The position numbers and the translations under genes were made by a program. 64,000 nt of DNA from positions 754,406 to 818,405 of the forward strand of contig CAZKGL010000001.1 in assembly GCA_964552565.1 (NCBI GenBank). Direction: 5' to 3'. Below the pieces are notes generated by a model. That model saw only the letters and a program-made list of their open reading frames with translations, was not told where the DNA came from and did not search any database. This document shows positions 35,864 to 45,096 of this stretch, one piece after another (position 1 is the first letter of the stretch; each line of letters begins with the position of its first letter). Source of the stretch: an uncultured Gammaproteobacteria bacterium (GTDB taxonomy: Bacteria > Patescibacteriota > Patescibacteriia > UBA9934).

Positions 35864-36580
35864 ATGACCCTGACCATGATCCTGTTCCTCGGCTGCCGAG
35901 TCCACTACTCCGTCGCGTACGACAAGAGCGACGGGGCGGACCTCGACAGCGGCAACGCGGACACCGACGCCGCCGACACCGGTACCGTGCAGGACACGGA
36001 CACCGGCTCGGTCGACACGGGCGTGACGGACACCGCCCCGCCCGAAGACACGGGCGGCACCGCGACAACGCCGACCGGCCCCACCGTCGCGTGGGTCGTC
36101 GACCACGAGTACGTCACGCTCGACCAGGTCATCCTGCCCGAGCTGTACGTCTCCGCGGACGACGGCAACGCGTACGCCATCACGCGGGTCGATGTCTTCG
36201 TCGGCGCGACCAACGACTCGTGGCCCACCACGGTCGAAGACACCCGCGTCGGCGTCGGGACGACCGACCAGCACGTCGGCGTCTTCACCGCCAACGACGA
36301 GTTCTGCGGTTCGCACGACGACGGGAACACGTACTGCTCGCTCGAGTGGGACATCGACCTCACGAACTTCGCGTTCGTGGTGGACGACACGTCCCTCCTC
36401 GACTTCGGCTTCACCATGGCCTTCTTCGCCTACACGGAGGAGCAGGTCAGCGAGGTCGAGTCGCTGCACGACGCCGAGGACGACCTCATGCGCGTGTACG
36501 CGACCGTGGCGTGGGAGGCGTCGGACGGCACGTCCGGCGAGACCAGCGCCGACGAGTTCTTCACGATCGAGGCCGAGTAG
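35864..36580 (+). CDS. Lipoprotein (lipobox LFLGC), paralog family member 3, Asp/Thr-rich.
   Basis: MTLTMILFLGCRVHYSVAYDKSDGADLDSGNADTD...; conserved leader with the variable palindrome tcgaggcttag-N8-ctaagcctcga. Confidence 0.6.
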   Translation: MTLTMILFLGCRVHYSVAYDKSDGADLDSGNADTDAADTGTVQDTDTGSVDTGVTDTAPPEDTGGTATTPTGPTVAWVVDHEYVTLDQVILPELYVSADDGNAYAITRVDVFVGATNDSWPTTVEDTRVGVGTTDQHVGVFTANDEFCGSHDDGNTYCSLEWDIDLTNFAFVVDDTSLLDFGFTMAFFAYTEEQVSEVESLHDAEDDLMRVYATVAWEASDGTSGETSADEFFTIEAE

Positions 36581-36715
36581 CACCTTCCCCGACAAGTCCT
36601 GCGAGATTCGCTCGCAGGCCCCCGCATCGTCATCATCCCGCCGGATGGTGACGAGCCGGGGGAACCTCTGGCGCACATCGCGTCGGAGCGTCCTCTGCCC
36701 TTTCCCGAGGCCAAC

Positions 36716-37195
36716 ATGCTGTTCCTGCTCATCGCCTGCGCCAACCGCGAGGCCGACATCGCCACGCCGTCGCCCGAGGCCGCCCAGCTCACCGCGCACT
36801 TCAGCCGCGGAGCGGCCTGCCGCGAGGACGGCGTCCTCGGCACCCTCACGTTCCACACGAACCGCGAGGTGTCGCTCCACTCCATCTCCCTCGACCCGCG
36901 CTTCGGCTGCGGCAAGGGGTGCGGCGGCGCGGTCCCGGTCGATATCGCGTTCGCGGGCGTCACGGTGGGCAGCGGCCGGCCCGTCGCCTGGGGGCAGCAC
37001 GGCTCGCGCCTCGTGCCTCGCAGCGATGTCCACGCCATCTGGATCCACCGCCCCGACTCCTTCGACGACACGCTCCTCACGGCGACGATCTCCGTCGATC
37101 CCGAGGACTGCGGCAAGATCCCGGACCGCGCGGTCATCCAGGTCGAGGCCTGGGACAACGTGGCCGGCCGGGACATCGTCGCGACGGTGCGGTAG
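36716..37195 (+). CDS. Lipoprotein (lipobox LLIAC), 159 aa.
   Basis: MLFLLIACANREADIATPSPEAAQL...; preceded by the conserved leader module (…ccgcatcgtcatcatcccgccggatggtgacgagccgggggaacc…). Confidence 0.55.
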   Translation: MLFLLIACANREADIATPSPEAAQLTAHFSRGAACREDGVLGTLTFHTNREVSLHSISLDPRFGCGKGCGGAVPVDIAFAGVTVGSGRPVAWGQHGSRLVPRSDVHAIWIHRPDSFDDTLLTATISVDPEDCGKIPDRAVIQVEAWDNVAGRDIVATVR

Positions 37196-37678
37196 CATCG
37201 GCCCTCCCGTGCGGCATGCCAGTACGCTGGTATGCCGCCGGCACCTCAGGTATCATGACTTCCCGGTCGTGGCCCCTGAGGTGCCCGACAACCCTTACCC
37301 ACCGGAGGAACACCACCGTGTCTGACAACCCGCGGCCGCCGCCGCGCGACGAGGACCCGATCCTCGAGATGATCCGCCACTTGGACCGGCACGAGCTCGG
37401 CGACGGCACGCAGCCGTTCCTGAGCCCGGCAGCCTTCGAAGAGTTCGCCCCGCGATCCGAGGAGGAGCCATGCCACCGGTAAGCGACCTCATCGTCGTCC
37501 TGAGCGTCCTCATGCTCACGGGCCTCATCGCCTGGATTGGCCCGCCACGGCGCTCGTGACTCCAGCCGGGAACGCCCGGCTGTCCTTCCCCCGCCATGCG
37601 CATTGCGCGTGGCGGGTGGATGCTTTTTATTGACAACCCAGCAGATTTCTGAGTATCCTGTGGCTGCCTGCGCCGCTT

Positions 37679-38122
37679 TTGGCCCAGGAGTTCCGTCCAC
37701 CACTCGCCCTCGAGGCTGTCACTCAGATGCACGCTGCCCCTTCGTCCCCCACCACCCCCCGCCGCATCGCCGGCATCTCCACCACCCCCGCCCAGGACGC
37801 GCTCCTCACGCGCATCACCGAGGCCTCGGAGCGCAACCCGCGCCTCGCCGGCTCGTTCGACCGCCTGTCGCGCTTCGCGAGCGGCACCGCCTGCCGCGAC
37901 CACGAGTGCTGCCGGCACTTCGCCGACCGCCTCATCGCGAAGATCGAGAACCAGCGCATGGTCGAGAAGGACGTGGGCACGGAGATCGCGACGCACGTCA
38001 GCCAGCGCCACCCGACGCGCGAGCCCTCGCGCCGCCGCATCGGCCCGGAGCTCGACGCCAAGAACGCGCTCGAGAGGGAGCGGCTCCGCAACGGGAACCG
38101 CGCGAAGCTGCAGCTCGCCTAA
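37679..38122 (+). CDS. Hypothetical protein (147 aa) with its own promoter (TTGACA-N18-TATCCT at roughly 37630) and terminator (roughly 38141-38190).
   Basis: ORF with a CRDHECCRHF Cys cluster. Flanked by the promoter-like hexamers and a ctgccccc/gggggcag + T-run hairpin. Confidence 0.45.
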   Translation: MAQEFRPPLALEAVTQMHAAPSSPTTPRRIAGISTTPAQDALLTRITEASERNPRLAGSFDRLSRFASGTACRDHECCRHFADRLIAKIENQRMVEKDVGTEIATHVSQRHPTREPSRRRIGPELDAKNALERERLRNGNRAKLQLA

Positions 38123-38235
38123 CCTCCCGCCGAGCGGGACTCGTCCGTACTGCCCCCGTCCCACCGGCCGGGGGCAGTCGACTTTTTCGGGAACGCCACT
38201 TCCGCTAGACAAAAACTTTAAAATCTGCTATATTT

Positions 38236-38655
38236 TTGACGCTCAGGGATGCCAGACGATCGCTGGGCCGCAAGGCCGAGAGGAAAGTCCGGACACCCGT
38301 GCGGCAGCAATGCCACACGACAAGAAGCGTCGCTAACGGCGACCAGGTATATTCAGACGATGAGGGATTGGCGAAAGTTATCCTTGACCGTCGGAACAAG
38401 CCTAGGGAAAGTACCACAGAGACAATACTAGTCCGCCCCTGGCGGATGAAACGTGAAAAGTACGATGAGGTCCGCAAGGGCTACATCGTTCGTCCCATGG
38501 CGACATGGAGACGTGGCAAACCCGCTTCGGTGCAAGAGCAAGTTTGGTCGCTCGCATGAGACGGTTGGCAACAACCGCCCTAGAGAGATGATCGTCACTC
38601 CTTCGGGAGGACAGAATCCGGCTTACCGGCTCCCCCTGGACACCATCACAAGGCC
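38236..38655 (+). ncRNA. rnpB: RNase P RNA (bacterial type A).
   Basis: P4 strands GAGGAAAGTCCGGAC ... ACAGAATCCGGCTTACCGGCTCC, and GGATGAAACGTGAAAAG (GGGTGAAA-like P10/11 region). Followed by the terminator hairpin gccgccc-gcaca-gggcggtttt. Confidence 0.8.
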
Positions 38656-38693
38656 GCCCGCACAGGGCGGTTTTGTGTTAGAATGGTCGCAAT

Positions 38694-40091
38694 ATGAAAC
38701 GTGTTGATTTGGTGTTCGCGGCTGCGGCCGTGCCGCTTGATTATGTCGCGCTCGTCGGAGCCGCGGCGCTCGCGTACTCCCTGCGTTTTGCGGACGCCTT
38801 CGAAACCCTGCGCCCCGTCGTGTTCGACCTTCCCTTCTCCTCGTACATGCAAGTGGCGCTGCCCGCCGCGATTGGGTTCATTGTCGTCTACGCGCTTGCC
38901 GGCCTGTACCGCCTCTCCCCCCGCGGCATCGCCGCAGAGGCCACCCGCGTCATCCTCGCGACGTCGACCGGCTTCGCCGCCGTCCTCGCGGTCGCCTTCT
39001 TCTCCCGCACCTTGTTCGAGTCCCGCTTCATCATGCTTGCGGCGTGGGCGCTCGCCCTTCTTTTCGTCGTCGCCGAGCGCGTCATGCTGCGCGGGCTCCA
39101 GCAGTCGCTGCGGACGTTCGGCATCGGCTGCCGCAACGTCGCCATCATCGGCAAGACGAAAAGCGGCAATGCGCTCCATGACTTTTTCCGCGACGCCCGC
39201 CGCCTCGGATATCGACCCGTCCTCCACGTTGCAAACTTCGCCGACGCCAAAAATAAGCTGCTCACCTTGCGCCGCCATGGCACGCTCGACATGGTCGTCA
39301 TGGCAAACCCCGACGCGGACCGCCGCGAAGTCGAGGCGGTAAAAGCATTCACCGATATCGAGCACCTGACGTTCGCGTATTCCGCCGACCTCGTGCCGAG
39401 CGGCACGGCGCGGCCCATCATCCATACGTTCGCCGGCCGCCCGGTCATCGAAGTCCCGCAGACGCCGCTCGACGGCTGGGGGGCCATTTACAAGCGTGCG
39501 TTCGACATCGTCCTGTCCGCCATCCTCATCATCATCACGCTCCCGTTCCAGATCCTCATCGCGCTCGCCATCGTCATCGAAAATCCCGGCCCCGTCTTCT
39601 TCCGCCTGAACCGCGTCGGCCAGCGCGGCGAAGAGTTCCCGTTCCTCAAGTTCCGCACCATGGTCCGCGACGCGCACAAGCTGCGCTTCGACCCGGAGTT
39701 CATCAAAAAATACGGCAACGAGCGCGGAGGCTCCCCGCTGTTCAAGCTCAAGGACGATCCGCGCGTCACGCGGGTCGGCCGGTTCCTGCGCGCATCGAGC
39801 CTCGACGAAATCCCGCAGTTTTACCTCGTGCTGCTCGGCTCCATGAGCCTGGTCGGCCCGCGCCCGCACCTGCCGGAGGAGGTCGCCGTCTACAAGCCGG
39901 AGCACCGCCGCGTCCTCACCATCAAGCCGGGCATCACCGGCATGGCGCAGACCGGGGGGCGCGCGAGCCTTGACTTTGAGGACGAGGTTCGACTAGATAT
40001 GTACTACATTGAAAACTGGAGTCCCTGGCTGGACCTGATAATTTTGCTGAAAACGCCTCTTGCGGTCTTGTTCCGTCGCGGGGCGTACTAA
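38694..40091 (+). CDS. Undecaprenyl-phosphate sugar phosphotransferase (WbaP/WcaJ-type bacterial sugar transferase) initiating polysaccharide synthesis.
   Basis: N-terminal TM helices, then the Bac_transf domain (AIYKRAFDIVLSAILIIITLPFQILIALAIVIENPGPVFF...FLKFRTM...VGPRPHLPEEV). Confidence 0.85.
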   Translation: MKRVDLVFAAAAVPLDYVALVGAAALAYSLRFADAFETLRPVVFDLPFSSYMQVALPAAIGFIVVYALAGLYRLSPRGIAAEATRVILATSTGFAAVLAVAFFSRTLFESRFIMLAAWALALLFVVAERVMLRGLQQSLRTFGIGCRNVAIIGKTKSGNALHDFFRDARRLGYRPVLHVANFADAKNKLLTLRRHGTLDMVVMANPDADRREVEAVKAFTDIEHLTFAYSADLVPSGTARPIIHTFAGRPVIEVPQTPLDGWGAIYKRAFDIVLSAILIIITLPFQILIALAIVIENPGPVFFRLNRVGQRGEEFPFLKFRTMVRDAHKLRFDPEFIKKYGNERGGSPLFKLKDDPRVTRVGRFLRASSLDEIPQFYLVLLGSMSLVGPRPHLPEEVAVYKPEHRRVLTIKPGITGMAQTGGRASLDFEDEVRLDMYYIENWSPWLDLIILLKTPLAVLFRRGAY

Positions 40092-40093
40092 CT

Positions 40094-41209
40094 ATGAAGG
40101 TTGCGTTCGTCCACGACCATCTCATCCAAAGCGGCGGTGCCGAACGCGTCCTCTCTGCGCTCCAGGCCATGTGGCCGGACGCGCCGACCTTTACCCTCGC
40201 CTACGACAAGCCCGCCATGGACGCGGAGTTCGGCCACCGCGATATCCGCACCTCGTTCCTCCAACGCCTCCCCGGCGGCCTGCGCAAACTCCGTTGGTAC
40301 CTTCCCCTCATGCCCACGGCGACGGAGCGGTACGACCTCTCGGCGTACGACGTCGTCATCTCGAGCTGCAGCGCGTTTGCCAAAGGCGTCGTGACGTCCG
40401 CGCATACCGTGCACATCTGCTACTGCCACACCCCGACCCGCTATCTCTGGAGCGATACGCTAAGCTACGTCGACGAGCTGCGCGCGCCGTGGCTCGCGAA
40501 GATGGTGTTGCCGTTCGTCCTGACGTATCTCCGCCTGTGGGACCGCGCGGCAGCAGACCGTGTCGACCACTTTCTTGCGAACTCCGAGGCGGTGCGGCAG
40601 CGCATCACGAAATACTACCGGCGGGAAAGCACGGTCATCCACCCTCCGGTCGACGTCCACCGGTTTGCCATTTCGGACGCCCCAAAGACGTACTACCTCA
40701 TCGGCGGCCGCATCGTCGCGTATAAGCGTTTTGATATCGTCATCGATGCATTCACCAAACTCGGCATCCCGCTGAAGGTCTTTGGTTCCGGGCCCGCAGA
40801 AAAGGACCTCCGCCGCCGCGCCGGCCCGAACATCGAGTTCGTCGGCCGCGTTTCCGACGACGAACGCGCGCGGCTGTTCGCCGGCGCGATCGCCTTCCTC
40901 CATCCGCACGAAGAAGACTTCGGCATCACCGCGGTCGAATCCATGGCCGCCGGACGCCCCGTCATCGCATACCGCCGCGGCGGCGCGCTCGAAACCGTGA
41001 TCGACGGCGTGACCGGCACGCTCTTCGATGAACAAAGCTGGGAAGAACTCGCCGACACCGTCCTCCACTTCGACGAACACACGTTCAACCCGCACGCCAT
41101 CCGCGCCCATGCCGAGACGTTCGCAACCGAACGCTTCCGCACGCAGTTCCACGACTTCGTCATGCGCGCGTGGAACGAACACCGCCAAAAAACCCTCGGC
41201 GTGCTGTAG
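40094..41209 (+). CDS. Glycosyltransferase family 4 (GT-B).
   Basis: C-terminal EEDFGITAVESMAAGRPVIAY (E-x7-E motif). Confidence 0.8.
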   Translation: MKVAFVHDHLIQSGGAERVLSALQAMWPDAPTFTLAYDKPAMDAEFGHRDIRTSFLQRLPGGLRKLRWYLPLMPTATERYDLSAYDVVISSCSAFAKGVVTSAHTVHICYCHTPTRYLWSDTLSYVDELRAPWLAKMVLPFVLTYLRLWDRAAADRVDHFLANSEAVRQRITKYYRRESTVIHPPVDVHRFAISDAPKTYYLIGGRIVAYKRFDIVIDAFTKLGIPLKVFGSGPAEKDLRRRAGPNIEFVGRVSDDERARLFAGAIAFLHPHEEDFGITAVESMAAGRPVIAYRRGGALETVIDGVTGTLFDEQSWEELADTVLHFDEHTFNPHAIRAHAETFATERFRTQFHDFVMRAWNEHRQKTLGVL

Positions 41210-41219
41210 ACTGGTACTC

Positions 41220-42365
41220 ATGCGCATCGCCATCGACGTCCGCCACCTCACCCACCCCAACCTGTCGGGCGTGGGGCAATACACGCTGCACCTCGTCCGC
41301 GCGCTCTCCCGCCTCGCGCCGGACGACCGTTTCGTGTTGTTCGCAAGCGGGACGGCGCCGACGCTCGCCCGGCTCCCCGCACTTGCAGCACCGAACATCG
41401 AGGTCGTCACGAAGGCTATCCCGAACCGCGCGCTGTTCGCGCTCCTCAAAACGCCGGGCGGCCCCGCGTTGGAGTCGTTCCTGCCCGGCCGCGTCGACGC
41501 ATGGCTGTTCCCGGACGGCAACATCATTCGCACCCGCCTGCCGTACGCCCTGACGGTCCATGATCTGTCGTACGACATCTTCCCCCAGTTCTTCACAGCC
41601 AAGGACCGTCTACGGAATCGCGTCGCCGGGCTGCGACGCCTTGCCGAGGGCGCGGATACGCTGCTCGCCGTGTCGCGCAGCACCGCGCTCGACCTCACCC
41701 ACCGTTGGGGTATCGCGGACGACCGCATCGTCGTGACCCCGCTTGGGGTCGGTCCGCAGTTCGTCCCGTCCCGTGCCCCGTCCGACACTAACTACCAGCG
41801 CGGGTACGGCCTCAACGCGCCGTACCTCCTGTCGCTCGCGACCCTTGAGCCGCGCAAAAATATTGAAAGCGTCATCGAGGCCTACGGCGCGTTCCGGCAA
41901 GCGACCGGGCACAAGGTTCGTTTGGCGATCGGCGGCGGCAAGGGATGGAAATATAAAGAAATTTTTGCCGCGGCGGCAGCATCGCCGTTTGCGCACGACA
42001 TTATCTTCCTTGGCTATGTGCACGAAAAGCACAAACCGGCGCTCTACCGCGGTGCGCGCGCCTTCCTCTTCCCCTCATTTTACGAAGGGTTCGGGCTGCC
42101 GGTGCTGGAGGCGATGGCCTCCGGCACTCCGGTCGTCACGAGCGCGACGAGTTCGCTCCCGGAACTCACGGGCGACGCCGCGGTCCTTGTCGACCCGATG
42201 AACGTCACGGACGTCGCCGTGGCCCTGGAAGAGCTCTTGGCCTCCCCCGGGGCCGATGCGCTGCGCGCCATGCTCGTCCGCCGCGGCCTCACCCGCGCCC
42301 GCCAGTTCCACTGGGACAGGACCGCGAGCCTGACGCTCGACGCGCTCCGTGCGTTGACGGCATAG
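41220..42365 (+). CDS. Glycosyltransferase family 4 (GT-B), second copy.
   Basis: MRIAIDVRHL... and YEGFGLPVLEAMASGTPVVTS. The track ORF starts earlier (41028), but the conserved N-terminus begins at 41220. Confidence 0.8.
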   Translation: MRIAIDVRHLTHPNLSGVGQYTLHLVRALSRLAPDDRFVLFASGTAPTLARLPALAAPNIEVVTKAIPNRALFALLKTPGGPALESFLPGRVDAWLFPDGNIIRTRLPYALTVHDLSYDIFPQFFTAKDRLRNRVAGLRRLAEGADTLLAVSRSTALDLTHRWGIADDRIVVTPLGVGPQFVPSRAPSDTNYQRGYGLNAPYLLSLATLEPRKNIESVIEAYGAFRQATGHKVRLAIGGGKGWKYKEIFAAAAASPFAHDIIFLGYVHEKHKPALYRGARAFLFPSFYEGFGLPVLEAMASGTPVVTSATSSLPELTGDAAVLVDPMNVTDVAVALEELLASPGADALRAMLVRRGLTRARQFHWDRTASLTLDALRALTA

Positions 42366-42403
42366 CCCGGCCACGGTACCGTTTTCGCGCTCCCGGAGGC
42401 GCC

Positions 42404-43129
42404 GTGGATTACATCGAGTATGTACGGGGCGATGGCCCGATCGTTCTTACGGTGCCCCACGATGGCGGGCACACCGACGACTTCCTCCCGCGACGCCAGG
42501 TCGCGGGCTGGACACGGGACTGGCGGGACGAAGGGACGCTTGCAATCGGCTTCGTCGTCACGCATTTGCTGCACGCGTCTGGGCTCTCGCCCGCGGTCAT
42601 CACCCAGTGCCTCCATCGCCGGTTCCTCGACGTGAACCGTCCCGAAGGCCACGACCCCTACCAGGACGCCCGCCTCGCCAAGCACTACCGCATCTTCCAT
42701 GATGCGGTCGACGATGCGGTGCGAACGGCCTACCAGCGCCACGGCCGTGCCCTCCTCATCGACCTGCACGGCTTCGCGACGTCGCCCGGACCCGAGCGGT
42801 ATGACCTCGTGCTGGGGAGCGACAGCGGCGCAACCTGCCCGCTTGCGAGCGACCGCGTGCTCCAGGCGATGCTCGATGCCCGGGGATGGAACGTGGCGTT
42901 CTCGCCCGACCCCGCCCGCGGCGTCAGCGCCCGCTACCGTGGCGGATGGACGGTGCGGCGCACTGCCCGCGACTTCCGGCTTGAGCAGGTTGAGGCCTGC
43001 CAGATCGAGATCGCCCGGCACCTGCGAACCGGGGAGGACTTCCTCACGGCCGATGCCGAACGCCTCGTCGTCGACCTCGCCGACACCCTCATGGCACTCA
43101 TGCACCGCGCCCGCCGCGGCGTCGCCTGA
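42404..43129 (+). CDS. N-formylglutamate amidohydrolase-like (FGase family) zinc hydrolase.
   Basis: LTVPHDGGH and LIDLHGF motifs characteristic of the FGase/HutG-like family. Confidence 0.5.
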   Translation: MDYIEYVRGDGPIVLTVPHDGGHTDDFLPRRQVAGWTRDWRDEGTLAIGFVVTHLLHASGLSPAVITQCLHRRFLDVNRPEGHDPYQDARLAKHYRIFHDAVDDAVRTAYQRHGRALLIDLHGFATSPGPERYDLVLGSDSGATCPLASDRVLQAMLDARGWNVAFSPDPARGVSARYRGGWTVRRTARDFRLEQVEACQIEIARHLRTGEDFLTADAERLVVDLADTLMALMHRARRGVA

Positions 43130-43267
43130 CACGTTCCCGCCCGGAAGCCGCCGCTCGGCTTCCGGGCGGCACTCTTTTCCGGACAAAACTTTTTCGCTTC
43201 ACAACTTCACGATCGTGAACTTATGAAGCTGCGAGGTCCCTCCTCACGTCGGGATGATGAAAATTTT

Positions 43268-45094
43268 CTATTCCTCCACGTACCCCTTGCCCTCTACCAG
43301 CGCATCCCCTTCACATTCCGTCGTCAGCGTGTCCGCCGTCAGCTGGATGGACGATCCGGTCTCGGAATCGGTCGCGCGGAACGCGCTGCCGGAAAGCAGT
43401 TTCACGAACTCGCCGACGTCGTCATTTTCGGGCGTTGTCGTCACCATGAACGTCGCAATAGCCTCCCCTGCCGCAGCCTGGAGCCCGGCGATATCCCACG
43501 ATACCGTGCGCGTCGCCGCGTCATAGCTGAGCGACCCGAGGTCGGCGTTCGTCGTTCCCTCCCATTCCGCCGACGGGGGCAGGGTCGCCGACACGCGGAC
43601 ATCGTCGAGGGCATGGAGCGCGTTCGTCACCGACCACACGATCTGGTACGACGTCGTTTCGCCAACCGACGGGGGCAGCGGGCCTTCGCCGACCGGCGCG
43701 CCGTCCTCCGTGTAGTAGCGCGACTGCGCCGTAAACGACGTGTCCGAGTTCAGTGTTACCGTGAGCGGCTGGCTGGAAATGGTCACGCCGCCGACGGTCG
43801 CATGCACGACGACGGTCCACGTCTGCGAGTCACCGGTAACAAGCTCATCACGTACTGGGAAAATAAGGTTCTTCAGCTTGTTGTCGTTCGGAACGAGCGT
43901 CCCGATGGTCGCCGCATCAAAACGGATGCCGTCGGCGGTCAACCGGCCGCCATCGAGGCTCGCCTCGCTCCAGGAAATCGGAATCTTTCCCTCTGCCTGG
44001 AAGTCGACGAGGAACGAGACATCGGCCATGTCCGACTCCCCCGTGTTCTCGTAGCCAAGCGTGATGCGGAGCGGATCGCCCGGATCGAGGGTCACGTCGC
44101 CTGCGGTACCATTTGCGACCAGCTGGATACTGAGGCCGTTCCCTACAACGTCGGTAAACGCGCTCGCCTCGCCCTGCACGCGCTCCTCGCCGTCCACCGT
44201 GATCGCCGCGGTCGCGGCGAGCTGCTGGACGTCCGAGACGTCCGCCGCAAACGACCCGACGAGCACAATCTCCTGCGTGGCGCCCGCCGCGAGGTCGGCG
44301 ATGTCCCATCGGGGCTCCGCGCCCGCGACAAGCGGGGGCGTGCTGCTCGCCACAAAAAATCCGGTCGGGAGCTCCATCTCCGCCACCACGTCCGTCACCG
44401 CCATGGCCGAGGTGTTCTCGACCGCCATGGTGTACGTCAGCGCTTCGCCCGGCCGCGCCTCTTCCGGGCCCGTCATCGCGACACGGAGCGTGCTCGCCAA
44501 GGTCGTCACTCCGGCGGTCGCGACCGCGTCGAAGTCCGCATTAAAGTTTGCCGGACGGTACGTCGCAAGCGCCTGCACCGACGTGCTGCTCGGCACTGCG
44601 GCGATCCAGATGCCGGAAAGGACGATCGCCCCTTCTTCGCCTGCCGCGATGCTGCCGACGTTCCACACGAGATTCGCTTCGTCGGTCGGCATCGGGACCG
44701 CCGAGGACGCGGTGAGCGCGGACGGGACGTTTACGTCGATGGCGAGCGCGGCGAGCGGGACGCGGCCGGTGTTCGTATAGCGAATGGTGATGTCCGTTTC
44801 CGTGCCGCTCACAAGCTCCGACGGGACTTCGACCGCCAGCGTCAACGGATCGGCGGCCTCGCCGGCAAAAAACTTCACGTACACAAAAAACGCCGAGTAT
44901 GCGAGAACTGCGGCTGCGGCGAGGCCGATGACCACGCGCATGAGGATGCGCGTCACCCGCGACCCGCCACGCTCGAGCGTCGCAAGGTCGTCACGCGTTT
45001 CCCCGTAAATCGCGGCGAGTCCTTCGTCCATCGCCTCTTCCGCGGCTTTCCGGGCCTCGTGCTGGTGGTCATGGTCCTTGTGGTGCGACGTCAT
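43268..45094 (-). CDS. Membrane-anchored cell-surface protein with DUF11/CARDB-like repeat domains.
   Basis: His-rich N-terminus, single TM (VVIGLAAAAVLAYSAFFVYV), then repeated Ig-like segments (…TYTMAVENTS…, …TLGYENTGESDMADVSF…). Confidence 0.55.
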   Translation of the reverse strand: MTSHHKDHDHQHEARKAAEEAMDEGLAAIYGETRDDLATLERGGSRVTRILMRVVIGLAAAAVLAYSAFFVYVKFFAGEAADPLTLAVEVPSELVSGTETDITIRYTNTGRVPLAALAIDVNVPSALTASSAVPMPTDEANLVWNVGSIAAGEEGAIVLSGIWIAAVPSSTSVQALATYRPANFNADFDAVATAGVTTLASTLRVAMTGPEEARPGEALTYTMAVENTSAMAVTDVVAEMELPTGFFVASSTPPLVAGAEPRWDIADLAAGATQEIVLVGSFAADVSDVQQLAATAAITVDGEERVQGEASAFTDVVGNGLSIQLVANGTAGDVTLDPGDPLRITLGYENTGESDMADVSFLVDFQAEGKIPISWSEASLDGGRLTADGIRFDAATIGTLVPNDNKLKNLIFPVRDELVTGDSQTWTVVVHATVGGVTISSQPLTVTLNSDTSFTAQSRYYTEDGAPVGEGPLPPSVGETTSYQIVWSVTNALHALDDVRVSATLPPSAEWEGTTNADLGSLSYDAATRTVSWDIAGLQAAAGEAIATFMVTTTPENDDVGEFVKLLSGSAFRATDSETGSSIQLTADTLTTECEGDALVEGKGYVEE

Positions 45095-45096
45095 AC

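Noticed and set aside
32700-36700. Interpretation of the conserved cassette leaders as integron attC sites.
   Set aside because: There is no IntI integrase or attI/Pc in the window. The leaders lack recognisable R''/L''/L'/R' core sites (RYYYAAC…GTTRRRY). The conserved module sits upstream of each ORF with an RBS rather than as a 3' 59-be.
37318-37558. Two tiny overlapping ORFs (a roughly 54-aa acidic peptide from GTG 37319 and a 29-aa hydrophobic peptide from ATG 37469).
   Set aside because: They are too short and lack clear RBS/promoter support. They may simply be 3' UTR sequence of the last lipoprotein gene.
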